From Eledone cirrhosa (lineage: Eukaryota): a stretch of DNA of 64,000 bases. Both the position numbers and the translations under genes were made by a program. Numbering within the stretch: the first letter of the stretch is position 1; every line of letters starts with the position of its first letter. Under the pieces are notes generated by a model that saw only the letters and a program-made list of their open reading frames with translations, was not told the DNA's origin and did no database searches. The stretch lies in contig OZ024743.1 of the NCBI GenBank assembly GCA_964016885.1, positions 122,450,001 to 122,514,000 of the forward strand, read 5' to 3'. Positions 1 to 13,302 of this stretch are shown one piece after another.

Positions 1-668
1 GCTGAGAATGAATGAGACTAAAACAAAATATCTGGTAGAGAATGTTGAGAAGCCAGAGGGAATCACTAATGTAGGCGGGAAGCCGCTGGAATTGGTTGAG
101 GACTTCCTGTATTTGGGAGCAAAAATTGGGAATACGGAAGATGATGTGGTTGAGAGGAAGAGCAAAGCCTGGGCGGCGTGCCACAGCTTGAGATCGGTGT
201 GGAAGTCGGACCTTCGCAGAGAGCTGAAAATCCGCCTCTTCATTGCTGTAGTGGAGTCTGTGCTGCTGTATGGGTCTGAGACTTGGACACTGACCAAGAA
301 ACTCACTCAGATGGTGGATGGGTGCTACACGAGAATGCTGAGTATGGCTCTGAACATTAATCAGTATACACTGAGGATGAAAAACTCAGAGCTGTATGGG
401 AGCATCCCAAAAGTCAGCTCAAAAGTGACACAGAGGAGACTGAGGTTGGCTGGACATGCTCACCGACATCCAGAGTTGACATTGCACTCAGTACTCCTTT
501 GGGAGCCCCTACATGGACACACTAGAAGAGGAAGACCAAGGTTAACGTATGTTGATGCCCTAAGGACAGACACTGGTCTGTTGGAGACGCAGGACATGGC
601 AGCGATAATGAGGGACAGAGACCGCTGGAGAGAACTCGTCCATGGATCTCGGGAATTTTACCCGCCTT

Positions 669-670
<2 letters not shown>
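1..670 (+). mobile_element. RTE-type non-LTR retrotransposon, RT C-terminal region (runs off the window start)
   Basis: ORF 8..670 has FLYLG, VLLYGSETWTL, RRLRLAGH, RGRPRLTY and DRDRWR motifs typical of RTE-like RT C-termini. The stop codon abuts (AT)n. Confidence 0.9.
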
Positions 671-709
<39 letters not shown>

Positions 710-712
<3 letters not shown>

Positions 713-2380
713 GATTACCGTAAAACTAATCGGAGTGTCATTAATGAAATCAACGATGCTGGGTTTAAAATCACCTCTGATCTCAACATCCTGGACCTAC
801 CTGAACCTCTGGACCCTATTTCTCCCTACTTTACCCTGAAGGATCACAAATCCAATTTCCCAAACAACCCCTCTATTCGGCTCATTAACCCTACGAAGTC
901 CGATTTAGGTAGACTTAGTAAAATGATTTTAGATAGAATTATACCTGAAATTAGAAGTTTGGCCCCTCTTGCACTGTGGAACAATTCTTTCGCGGTGATT
1001 GATTGGTTCATCGGCATATGTAACAAGGAACATTGCCGTTTTATCCCGTTTGACATCAATAATTACTACTCCTCCATCACTTTACCACTTCTTCTTAGAG
1101 CTATCAATTTCGGTAAAACACACACAGTGGTTAAGGATTTCGAAGTTGATGTCATCCTCAATGCCTGTAAGTCGGTGATTAATTTCGCCGACTCTATTTG
1201 GATTAAAAAATCTAATAGTACCCTATTCGACGTGAGTATGGGCGCCAGCGATTCTGCGGAGGTTACTGATCTTATCGGCCTTTTCCTTCTTTTCTCTATC
1301 AAGGATGAATTCCCCAACGTGGGCGGTGGTTTGTACCGTGATGACGGTCTTTTGACCATGACAAAGTGCGGCCCACGTGCTTGCGACAGGTTCAGAAAAG
1401 AACTCACAGCCTTTTTTAAAGGCTTCAACCTCTCCATACAGGTTGAGGCCAACCTCTCGGTCGTTAATTACCACGACGTTACCCTTAATTTGTCGAATGG
1501 CTTGCACTACCCGTATAGAAAGCCGAATGATACGCTTAATTACATAAGTAAGCATTCTAACCATCCTGCCAGCATAACCAGGAACCTGGTAAGAAACGTT
1601 CCTTTGAGGCTTTCCCTTCTATCTACAAACGAGCATATTTTCAACGACCATTCCACATATTACAATGAACCTCTTGCTCGGAGTGGATTTGTCGATAAGG
1701 TAGCATATACAGAGTACGAGAATAGACCGAGGAATAATAGATCCCAACGCATTATATGGTATAACCCACCATATAATATGGAGGTGGCCACACCATTAGC
1801 TAAGATCTTTCTCTCCCTTATTATGAAGCATTTCCCCCAGCACATAAATATAGTAAAATTTTTAATAGAAATACCATTAAAATTTCTTACTCAACGACTC
1901 CTAACCTTGTACATAACATCACAGCTTCAAATTTAGCTAAATTACCTAGCCGTAGGAACACGTGCAGCCCTGTAGCTAGTACTATCTGTAATTGTAGGAA
2001 TCAGGTTGACTGCCCCCTATCCGGGAAATGCCTCTCTAGTAACATTATCTACAAATGTAAGGTTGAAAGGTCCCGTAGGGCCTACATAGGGTTAACCGCC
2101 AATAGATTCAAGCAGCGTCTTTACATGCATACCCATTCTTTTCTTAACCCTTTAAGAAGGAATATGACGTCTCTTTCAGCTTATATCTGGAGATCCTAGC
2201 TAGGGCTAGATCGTATAACGGAAATAAAACCCCATGTGACCTCTGCGCTGCTGAGGCCCTGGAAATACTCTACGCCAAAGACCACATCTTAAACAAAAAT
2301 CTGAGGCAATTTCAGCTTGTAAACATAAATTGCACAAAACTTTCCTGTATCACAGCCCCACATTATACCCTAACGGATAG
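710..2380 (+). mobile_element. Penelope-like element (probably Naiad-like), 5'-truncated RT plus frameshifted GIY-YIG endonuclease
   Basis: Frame open from 710 (KDYRKT...FTLKDHK...RLINPTKS) through ORF 923..1936 with FDINNYY, MGA and YRDD motifs. After frameshifts: CNCR..CPLSGKC..IIYKCKV..AYIGLT..FKQR..H and CDLC..E..LNK..CKH. Confidence 0.9.
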
Positions 2381-3560
2381 TACGAACAATACGCGGATAT
2401 TTTACGTTTCGATGTGGTAGCTAAGTATATGTTATCTTTATACCATTACTTATTTGTATAGATAAGTATTTATTACCTGTATGTTTTGTGAAGGTACGTA
2501 TACTTTCTCGTACGTATATTTGCTTGTATATATTATGGCGTATATATTATATATACTGGTACATGTGCATTTGGTTATGTGTATACGTGAGTTTTGCGTC
2601 TGTGTGAGTATGAGGGTTCGTACGTATGTAGGGTGTGTGTATATGTGTACTTTGTGTTTTGGTTGACGTACGTCTGCGAACATATGTGTATTTACATGTA
2701 GGTATGTGTGTGCGCGCGTTATATACGTATTTATGTGTGTATATTTATATACGTTTATTTAATTAATTGTATACACGAACACACACACACATATATATAT
2801 ATTTTTTATATATATTTTATGTGTATTTGGTGTATACGCTCGTATGTGTGCGGGTACAGGTGTTGCGTTGGTTCTGTATATGCGTGTGTGTTTTTTGTGT
2901 ACGTGCTTGTATTTGTGTTTTCGCGTATGCTTGTGTATGTACTTATTTGGATGCGTGTATGTATATATTTATTTCAATTACTTCTGTATTTTATTTCTTT
3001 ATTCTTAACTCTGAAGCCGAGAATCATTCGGCTTCCTAAATAGAATTTTAGTCTACGACTTCAGTTATACCATTAACGTGGTTTTGTCTTTGCGTGTAAT
3101 TGTTCTCCCCGCTCCACATAATCTCGTATTTTCTTCGTTTTTTCCGTTCATTGCCAGAGAACGTCTCCATGAACCACCTTCGGCTTGTAGACATAAATTG
3201 CACAAAACTTTCCTGTATTACAGCCCCATATTATACCCTAACGGATAGTACGAACTATACGTGGAAATTTTACGTTTCGATGTGGTAGTTAAGTATATGT
3301 TATCTTTATACCATCACTTATTTGTATAGGTAAGTATTTATTACCTGTATGTTTTGTGAAGGTACGTATACTTTCTCGTACGTATATTTGCTTGTATATG
3401 TTATGGCGTATATATTATATATACTGTCTATTAGTCTACGACTTCATTTATACCATAGACGTGGTTTTGTCTTGCGTATAATTGTTTTCACTGCTCCAAA
3501 TAATGACGTATTCTCTTCGTTTTTTTTTCGTTCTTCGCCAGGGAACGTTTCCACGAACCA
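2315..3560 (+). repeat. pLTR-like partial tandem duplication of the PLE 3' region
   Basis: 2315-2558 recurs at 3183-3427, and 3047-3177 recurs at 3431-3560. Confidence 0.85.
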
Positions 3561-3698
3561 AAGTATCGTCTTCCTGTCTTCCTTCGGTTGCAACGTTTTT
3601 TGAAATATTTACTTCTGCGTTCACAGATTGACTTTTTTAGTTTCAAAAGATCCCGTTAAGAGTGAAAGCAGCGATTCTTTGGTTAAAATTTAATCTGT

Positions 3699-3882
<184 letters not shown>

Positions 3883-3920
3883 CTGGCTTCTACAGGACTT
3901 GAACTCTTTCATTCGGGAGA

Positions 3921-3977
3921 ATGGGCTTTCCTGATAATTTCTTCCGAATGAAACATATCTAGACCCGTAGAAGCCAT
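3921..3977 (+). ncRNA. Hammerhead-like motif with variant core CUGAUAA
   Basis: GGCTTTC-CTGATAA-TTTC TTCC GAAT-GAAAC...GTA-GAAGCC. Stem I GGCTT(T)C/GAAGCC; GUA triplet. Confidence 0.55.
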
Positions 3978-4058
3978 TACTCTTTTTTTTTTTGAGTAAT
4001 TAATTGAGTATTGAGTAATTAATACCTAACTTACTGTGGTTACCCCCAATATGTAAAA

Positions 4059-4324
4059 AGAAATGTAAAGTGAAATGAAAACCTGAGATGACTTTATCTT
4101 GGATTAGATTTATTCGTCCCTATATTTCGGAATCACATCCATCGTCAGGGAATCCGAAGGAAAATTGGAGATATTTTCGGAAAAGAATCTACGCAGCCAT
4201 TTGTGTCAGACACCGACACTAGTAACAAACGGCCACGTTGATGGATGTAAAATCCGAAATATAAGGACGAGTAAATCTATTCTAAGCTAACGCCATCTCT
4301 GGTTTTTATTTCATTTTACATTTC
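4059..4324. mobile_element. Small inverted-arm element carrying a hammerhead-like motif (4101-4155, - strand)
   Basis: 4059-4143 is the imperfect reverse complement of 4239-4324. Minus strand reads GGATTCC-CTGACGA-T-GGA TGTGAT TCC-GAAA-TA...AATCC. Confidence 0.6.
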
Positions 4325-5607
4325 TCTTCCGCCTTACCCCTTTCTTCCTACTAATTTTGTTACCCGGAGATTTATCCATCTGAATTGTAGAGGCTTCCAA
4401 ATCGACCATTATATATATATAATAGGATCATGTATGTGTGTGTATATATGTAAGATGTAAAGAAAATGTAGTTTTGTAATATTTCTCTTTATTTTCTTCC
4501 ATTAGCCAAATTCTACGAAGTTAGTTTCAGACATATTTCTGGAAATCTTTCTAGGTCTCGCAATTAGAATTGATAGGATTTATATTCATTTATAAACCTA
4601 TGAAAACTTATTTCTTCATTGAGAAGTACCGACCTATATTCAGGAATACACACACAGAAACTTATATTTCAATATGTACTTATCGGTACATTTATTTACA
4701 TATGAAAAATATGAATAGTTGAATAATTGTTGATGATGTTGGAATTTTGTGCAGCAGAATGTAGCTATATCTTAAACATTATATATGATTAAATAAAATG
4801 AGTTATCTAATCTCTAATAAATGATGACAAGCATCACAGTAAATAGAGTAGAGGCCTTCCTAATTAAGGAATAATAACTTACAAATCTGCTCTAATTAGT
4901 CTGTATAGAACCACAATAACACAGACGGCAACTGTAGACATGTGGGCACTTAATAGGAACAAATTGATCGAAACATCAGCTAATGAAGTTGACGTCTGTA
5001 AGTAGAAGTAAGCATAGCGAAATTAACTTCGTCTTATTGTAATCCAACGTCTACAAGTCTCTTGATTGAAATTCTTGTTTACATCCTTGCTGCCAGTTCT
5101 TATAATTTTCTGATTAGTTGACCGGATACCATATCTGACAAACCGTGCTGAACTGGTTCTCTGCCCAATGCCTATGTCACAATAATCAGATAATATAGGA
5201 ATAATAACTACAGCAATAACGATCATTGCAACATCATCATCGACAATTATGGGGATTGTTTGTTATTTTTCTGTCTGATATTAAGAAAAGAACGGTTGTT
5301 GACTACAAATGATAACATTAATTGCTGAATCAATTCTCAAGTTGGATCATGTGGGTTAGGCGAATTATTTTCTTTCTGATGAAATAAAGGGAAGTCTTTT
5401 GGAGGTATAACGAAGTACAAATAGCCATATTTTTTCATGCTAAAATGCCACGTAGGATATTGTTTATATAAATATGTAATATATTCATACCTATATACTT
5501 ACATATTTCTCGGCTATTTAAAGCGATTAATAAATTACCGAGACGAAATTTACACAAACGTTAACCATTGCAGTTAACCATTTGTGTGTGCGCATGTGGG
5601 TGTGTTT

Positions 5608-5732
<125 letters not shown>

Positions 5733-6109
5733 TTGGGTAGTTATTAATGTCAACGGGAATAATGATGATGATGATGATGATATATTCTGAACAATATATT
5801 CCTGATATATAGCTAGGACTTCGGACTGAACTGCTTTCAGAATAAATGTTTTTGATCTGTTTTAGTTGTCCGAAAAAAAAACAAAAAAAAACGAAAAAAT
5901 TCGAAAAAAAAAAAAAATAAATACGAAAAAATACGAAACAAATATGAAAAAAAAAAATACTTGAGCCGAAATATCCAATTCAGAACGATATACATGAGGG
6001 ACACAACTATACATGATCTATATTTATACCAGAGGATGTGAGATTGAATTCCCGTTAGTGTGTTGATATTTCTCCATTTTGAAATTTTGTAGGATATTGT
6101 TTAAAAGCA

Positions 6110-6640
6110 TATAAGCTTTAGCTTATTCTTGTCTCAGTACCAAGTGACTAAATACCACCATGATAGATAAAAATCCAGAAAAACGTGTCTGATATTCTGA
6201 CCGGCAATTGAGATTGCTGTGACATAATCACAGCTTAAAATATTCGTAGGGAGAGACTTGTACATTTATTATATATAAACATATTGTATATGTCTTCATA
6301 TACACATTTATTATGAACTACGCTATAGTAGGGCTACTGCTAATTAATCCTAGCAGGTCCAGTTCGCATTATATGCAAATAAATATCTCCGGCCGTTGTT
6401 TGATGTGCTAAAGTTATACGAGGTTTAGATTATTCTTGTCTCGGTATCGAGTGAGTAACAACGGTTAAAATCCCAGAAACACGTGTCTGACATCCTCACC
6501 GGCTACTGTTATGGCTGTAGAATGATAAAAACTTATAATATTTATAGTGAAACTCGTGTACGTTTATTCTACATAAACATATCGCATATGCCTTATATCC
6601 AGATCTGTTATGAACTACACTATGTTAGTGCTACTGCTAA
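6110..6640. repeat. Diverged tandem duplication, period about 310 bp
   Basis: ttattcttgtctc(a/g)gta...aaaatcc...cgtgtctga...tatgaactac..ctactgctaat occurs at about 6120-6343 and 6430-6640. Confidence 0.75.
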
Positions 6641-6642
6641 TG

Positions 6643-6674
<32 letters not shown>

Positions 6675-6683
6675 CATATATAT

Positions 6684-6788
<105 letters not shown>

Positions 6789-6808
6789 CATACATACATA
6801 CGCACACG

Positions 6809-6854
<46 letters not shown>

Positions 6855-7118
6855 ACATACATAGATACATAATTTTCGGCTATATGAGATAATATGAAAC
6901 GTTTAAATTAGTGGGACGAAAATCTCACAAAAATAAACGAATACAAAGCTAAGCAGTTGCGACAACTGGCATATTTCATTGCCCGGAAAATGGTTATTAC
7001 AGATAGCAAATGTTATTTCAATTCTTGTATCGTTGTTCATTTTCTGAGGAAAACCAAACCAGCCAAAGCTGCTACATAAGAGAGCCATAAAAATGCAAAG
7101 AAATAAACAAATTTATAG

Positions 7119-7164
<46 letters not shown>

Positions 7165-7899
7165 TCAACCCTCATAAATTTCAATAGGAAACTGATCTGA
7201 CAGAGATGACTTTAGGATGCATATTTAGTTTAAAAACAATCTCAAACCGCAGTTTCGGTATACTTTTTTCAATTTCTCATTTCACATGACAGATTGCTAC
7301 ATATATACGTGAAAAAGTCAAATGGTTTAGACCAGAGTCGACTATTACAAGAATATTACTTTTAAATGGCTGTAATCCAACATACAATATAAAATACCGC
7401 ATTAGTAGCAGAGCATCAAATGATCTCTTAAATGCATAAATGTAAGCGTAATGCATAACAGCAATGATATCAATAATTATCCAATATAACCATCAAAAGA
7501 CGTCGTACTGAAGAAATATAACTCAGTAGCTATTTCGAATATTCACACAAGTTATTTTACCCGTAAACCATTATACTCTTCGAATGCACTCGTTAATATC
7601 ACACGTGTCAAAGTACTGTGTTTCAATGTTGAATCTTTGATTCTGATTCAGTAATGCAGTGTAGTATATGGTCACAAATATTAAAATGAAAATGTTAAAT
7701 ACAGTGAATAAAAATATATTCGTAAGTTCTATTTGTGCATATATGACTACATCATACAAGTACTTAATATATTTTAACATCGTAATCCTTAATTATTTAA
7801 AACCTTCAAATTCATTAAAATCTTGCAAAATAAAAATTTTTCCTCATCTTCGGAACTGAAATACTATTGATAATCATCAGGATTAATAATGTTATCGCA

Positions 7900-9360
7900 C
7901 GGATCCTCCTCCTCACCACTGTCTGTAATTACAAGCTGCACAATATCAGCTGCTTTTTTATCGTCATCATCTCTCAGATATTTGTCTTCTTTATATTCCA
8001 ATGCATTAGAAATTTCTAATGCATTTCTTGAATAACTTGATAATAATGTCAGATTTTTTTTCTTTGAACTAACGATCTGTTCTCAGATTAGGGGCAATGA
8101 AGGAGCTTGTACACTATTATCTTTAGTGTATGAATTTTCTCCAGGAATCTAGTTACTCCATCTCATTCTCATCCAATGGTTTATTGATACCTATATCAAA
8201 TGGTGGCAAAACAGTTGTATCAATAGCACACTTCACTAGATGTAAACTAAACTAACCCCAGATGAACAAAAGATTTTCTCGCCGTACTCCTCCAAAAAGT
8301 AAATTCTTAACTACTTTTATATATTTTCTGCATTCGTTTTTATCCATCCAGTTTTGTATTTTCATTTCTACGAGATATATTCTTCCGATATTGCAACTTC
8401 CGATATTGCAACTTTTCCGTTAAAATCGTGTGGATGGTGCTTCGGGAAACCGCAGGAACCAAAATGCAGAGAGCATCCAGAGTGATCCGCCAATCTTTAT
8501 GCATGTTTTCCTCAGAAGGGGGACCTTACTTTTGGGATTGCCCTCTATATAATAACTGCGCGAAATTCGCACTTGGCGGTAGCGTTCAACGGGAGCTCCA
8601 TTCTCAACGGCTGCCAAGCCAAGATTTAACATCGTAGCGAAGCGCGCGCATGCTTGTTTGGGAGTGAAGGAAGCACCAATCACAACGGTGTTGCTAACAG
8701 CCGTACGAACAGTTTCTCTGCGTCCCCATCGCTTTGGAGACCTTACTTTTGGGATTACCCTCGTACAAAAAGTCCTTTTGGAGATTTATCGTCAATGCGT
8801 TTCGTAAAACTGTAGATTTTAATTTAGTACCTTAATTTAGTGCCTAACAAGAAAACCTGTTTTTCTCATGTCTAGTAGTTTTCACCAGTACTCGTTTCTC
8901 TCCTATTTACTTTACAGTTTTTTCTGGTTCCCTAAGAGTAAGAAGGGTTTCATTTATGTTTCCAATGCACGATAACATGTAGACTTCCTTCTGTCGAGTT
9001 CTGATATTTGTGCATGCTTCTTTATCTAACAAAGTGTTCAATTATATCGTTCCAGGAAACTTGTGCACAATCCGGCACTTTTAATATAATCCCAAATTCC
9101 TTCCTCGTTTGATTTCATTTGCGTATATATGTAGATGGCTCCATGAGTTGCATATTTTCCAACTTGACGATTTTCTCCAGTTTTGGCTGACCTCTAGCGG
9201 CCCACTTTATTTTATTTTGAATTGTTTGAAGTTTATTGAATATCTCCATTCTCTCACAACGTTCTCCGATCCAACAATTTTTCTTGCAGCTACACATTTG
9301 TCTTCTCAATAACTTCAATAAAGTTTAGTTTGAATGCTGCTGTGTACTTGATTTTTATTT
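7900..9360 (-). pseudogene. Degenerate pogo/Tigger-like transposase, interrupted by a mariner remnant
   Basis: Minus-strand peptide remnants in the expected order: KYTAAFKL...VREWR (~9250-9350), VLVKTTRHEK (~8860-8895), WMDK (~8345), VLPPFDIGINKP (~8180-8215), SDIIIKLFKKC/ISNAL (~8000-8055). Many stops and frameshifts. Confidence 0.7.
8385..8765 (-). mobile_element. Mariner-like transposon 5' remnant with two same-orientation TIR copies
   Basis: TIR TACGAGGGTAATCCCAAAAGTAAGGTC at 8765-8736 and again at about 8549-8520. Peptides MELPLNATAKCEFRAVI and RITLDALCILVPAVSRSTIHTILTEKLQYRK. Confidence 0.8.
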
Positions 9361-9664
9361 CCTGGGAAGCATTTTCTCACAAAATCACAAATAATTTTAC
9401 ATCTGATCGAGTAAGCTACATTAGTTAGGGTTTCAGTCTCTTAAATGTGTGGTCTGTGAAACATTACAACGTCTACATTTTAATCATATCTCATTGTATA
9501 CAAACTGCAGACAAATTACATTGTAACTATTAAAGGAAATAAACTTCGCTTAGGGACACAACACTATGGTAAAGGACGTGCGTCTATATGTGAGAACACA
9601 GATACCTAAATATGGAATCTTACGCTATGTCCCCCCCCCCCCCCACACACACATACACACACAC

Positions 9665-10262
9665 ACAGCCCCGGCGGACAGGATGGAGAAGGCGTTTCCC
9701 CGGAGGACGGCAAGGGAAACGCGCTGGAAAAGCCACTCCAACTCGCCGGGTTCACACCTGCGGCTGGCCAGCACATCGCCTATGGTGGTGAGTAGGGAGG
9801 TAGCTCTAGGGCCGAGGACACCAGAAGTCTCCACTGCCAAGGGTACAACCGCAAACCTGTCGGAGAGCGACCGGTATTTGAGGAGCTTGGCCTCCTCAGC
9901 CCGACCTGCAACAGAACCTGGGTTAGTCGCAGACTGCACCAGGTTGCAGCTGCAGAAAGTGTCGGTGCAAGTAGCATCCCAGACGAGGGGTTTGCCACAG
10001 CGGAATGGGAAGATGGTCATACCATCTGGCCTTTTGCCGTCCCCTCGATCCAGCCCCACCGGCCGGAGCTGAGAAGGGAAGCCCGCAGCGTCCAAGCCAT
10101 GCTTTATGACCTCGTTGAGGGCAGCATGGCGTGGAAGGCGGCCGGCACTGTGGCGACAGGAAAGTGGGTGGAGGCCGAAAAGATCCACGGTGGATCCGCA
10201 GCGATATTGGTGTGGCTCGCAGATCCGGAGGCCGAGCCTCAAGGAAACGCCGATGCGTAGGA
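9665..10262 (-). mobile_element. 3' fragment of a CRE/R2-like LINE (zinc knuckle plus restriction-like endonuclease)
   Basis: ORF 9625..10242: RCG...H..SC, RH..LN, DGKRPDG..LVWDATCTDT, E..K..KY, LAVETSG, QRVSLAVLRGNA. GC-rich island that runs into (TG)n. Confidence 0.85.
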
Positions 10263-12191
10263 TGTGACTTGACTTTCATTTGAAATCGCTGTTACTGATA
10301 GGAATAATGAGCAGCAGTATTGGTAATTGTGACTTCATTACGTTAAAAAGTGTTGCACTTTGACGCTTAACAGACAACATTGGTTACGCTACTTCAGAGA
10401 TACAATAATTATACCGAATTATAGAATTAAATACATAAAAATAAGTTTATGTACGAAATGGGTGTATAAAATTAATTTCCTTAACGTAACATTTATATTC
10501 AAGATAATCCCTCGATTAGCAAGTGTTGATCTGTTACTTGTAAAAGACCATGATGGATTTTTACATAGAAAATACTAGATTTGTTAATACCACAAAGGTA
10601 GTTGACGTTTATACAAGATCTAATTTTTCTAAGTATATACAGTACTTTTGACGAGATTAGGGAAACCCAAACTCTCCCATGTCAAGATGTTGAAACGTTA
10701 TCACTGGAGACTATACAGAAACGTGTGATAACACGTATTGAGCAATCAATAATGCTTATATACAATTGCTATTACTCTGACAGGGCACCCAGGAGATACC
10801 TTCGTTGCCCGTGGCAATGAAATAACTGAACGTAAGCAGTCCTGGTGAATAACAAAACTAGATGAAAATATATGACAGCCTGAATCGTAGAATTGGATAC
10901 CAATATAAAGTGTAAGGGAAATAATATGTTAATAGCGCGAATTCCTACATCTTATGAAAAATAATGAGAAAATGTTCAGAGATTCTACACTCCAAATATT
11001 TAGAATATAAATTCTTCAAAGCACAAAATCAAGATGTTATAAAAATATTCCAATAAGCCAACATTAAACATACATTTTATATTTTCACAGAAGCTGTATT
11101 CTAGAATACCCCCCCCCACACACCAAAAAGAATAAAATACAATACCTCCTTAAAACAAGCACCCTTTTTCTGGAAGATCTTGAATAATTTTGGTCTTAGA
11201 TCTGGAATGAAAAGATTGATTTAATCCATAATGTATCACACATACATACAACCAACAATGAATACTAAATCAACATCAGAAGATTGACACTTTCAACTCC
11301 GAAACTATCGATGGAAATGCTATATAAAAAGCATTTGGAAGTCACCTCAGAGTTTGATAATGGTACATGGTGTCGATGTTCTAGAGAAAGTTACATATTT
11401 AAAAGACCACACTGATTTAATAAATCGGCTGGCGATAGCATAGAAAAAAATTTATAGTAACGAATGTAAAGACTAACTTGGCAGAAACCAATAAGCAAAT
11501 TTGCCTAAACATTATGTGTAAGGGTTTACACCAGTTGCCTTAATCAATTCCCCAGGTATTATCAAGGAGGTGGAAATAAGGGAGTATGCTGATACTCCGA
11601 ACAACCTTTAATGATAAACAAAGCTGTTCTGTCAGAAGTAAAATTACTCAAGTTCCCTTCTCATGGTTGCCGGAATCACTGCATGTAATAAAAACTGCCT
11701 TCTTCCCTAGTTGCTGCGGTTGAAATACTCACAAAATCCTTGTTAACAACCCCTTGTTACTAAAAACAGAAAAGTTATCTTTGAGTTTATGAACATAAAA
11801 TAGAAATATCCCAAGGGCCTGTATGTCTGTGGGTCTGTTGTGTACACTAAATGTACTGTTTTTCATAGTGTTCATTTGTCGGGTGTTTAGAGTAGCAAGA
11901 AACACTATGGTAACTCATATATGCTCATAAACTGAGCTTCTAAACAGTTTCCGTCTTCCCAAATACGATATTCGTGCATGTTTATACATTGCTATAGTCA
12001 GTTTATACATTTCTCCATTATGTATTTATAATTACGTAATTTACATAAGCATATTATATTAAAAATATAGATGATTATTCAAATATAGATTATAATATCA
12101 AATATACATTTCAAAATGTTTTAGAACAATTGTTGCAGTATTTAGAGGTTTTCTTTTGGTCTCCTTTTAAATTATATAACTTCTTGCATTA

Positions 12192-12382
12192 AATAATTGT
12201 TTCTACTTTTGGCACAAGGCCAGCAATTACCCAGTACATTACTGGTACTTTATTTTATCGAACCCGTAAGGATGAAAGGCAAAGTTAACCTCGGCGGGAT
12301 TTGAACTCAGACCGTAAAGGGACGTAACTATGCTGAAAAGCATGGCGTCCGACCCTCTAGCGATACTGCCAATTCACCGCCC
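12192..12382 (-). mobile_element. tRNA-headed Nin/Deu-core SINE (short subtype)
   Basis: Box A TGGCAGTATCG, box B GTTCAAATCC, core GCCTTTCATCCTTACGGG.TCGATAAA, tail GGCCTTGTGCCAAAAGTAGAAACAATTATT. TSD TCTTGCATTAAATAAT. Confidence 0.9.
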
Positions 12383-12393
12383 TCTTGCATTAA

Positions 12394-12614
12394 ATAATGA
12401 TTTCTACTATAGACATAAGGCAAGCAAATTTGGGGAGAAGGGAAAGTCGATTAAATCGAGCCCAGTGCATTACAGGTACTTTATTTTATCGACCTCGTAA
12501 GGATAAAAGGCAAAGCTAACCAGGGCGGGATTTGAATTCAGACCATAAAGAGCCGTAACTCTATGCTGCAAAGCAGGGTGTCTGACGCTCTACCGATCTG
12601 CCAATCCACCCCCC
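12394..12614 (-). mobile_element. Same SINE family, long subtype
   Basis: Extra GGGGAGAAGGGAAAGTCGATTAAATCG segment. Same flanking 16-mer. Confidence 0.88.
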
Positions 12615-12765
12615 TTTTCTTGCATTAAATAATGTTGTTGTTATATGGATGCTTTCTTTATTGCTTCCTTAGTAAGTAAAGTTTCATGGCAACTATGGCA
12701 ACACTGAAGACATCGTTTTTAAGAAGCAAACCAAGCTGTAAATTAATCATAACACATTCTTGGTA

Positions 12766-13302
12766 CTACTGCCAATTAATTAGAAACAGCCAAGTTCGCA
12801 CTATATATAAATGAGCATCTCCAGCCGATATTTTGTATTTGCTATATGCAAATGAACATCTCCAGCAAATGTCCAATACGCAAAATCTATATAGGCCCTC
12901 ATCTATTTTCATCTCAGTCCCGATTGAGTGAATGTCACTGATGAGAGAAAACGAATCTTGAAACAGCTGTCTAGGATTCTCAATGGCTACTGAGAAATCT
13001 GTGAGATTTTCACAGAACAAAAGAGTAAAATAATTTTTCTCAACGAATAGCGAAGTTCTCATGCGTTTATTAAACTTATTCTTGCACAAATTATTGAGCA
13101 TGGACTAACAGTTTGTTTTTGTCAAACCAAGTCGTGAAGTTAGAGATAAACAAGGAATTTACTTTCAATCTACATTGCATGAAACTTATGTAATATAGCT
13201 ACGTATTGTTCATATTGGCAAGGAATTTATTGAAATATTCCCAAAGATTTTGTATAGAGTGGGTAGTTAAAGAAATTCGTATTCCCTATGTTCTAGGGTT
13301 AA
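12766..13302 (-). pseudogene. Possible degenerate piggyBac-like transposase remnant
   Basis: GTEMKIDEGLYRF...KYKI...DA resembles the piggyBac IDE region. AGGGTTAA end-like motif near 13295. Confidence 0.3.

Noticed and set aside
1980-2340. Possible selenocysteine codons, as reported for some Naiad PLEs
   Set aside because: The conserved Cys positions I could read are TGT/TGC. No in-frame TGA at those sites.
3010-3058. Hammerhead in the first PLE pLTR (CTGAAG, GAAGCCGA/TCGGCTTC hairpin, CTAAA/TTTAG-TC)
   Set aside because: GAAA is missing and there is no stem I. At most a destroyed remnant.
5023-5226. Possible host exon
   Set aside because: No recognisable domain or convincing splice context.
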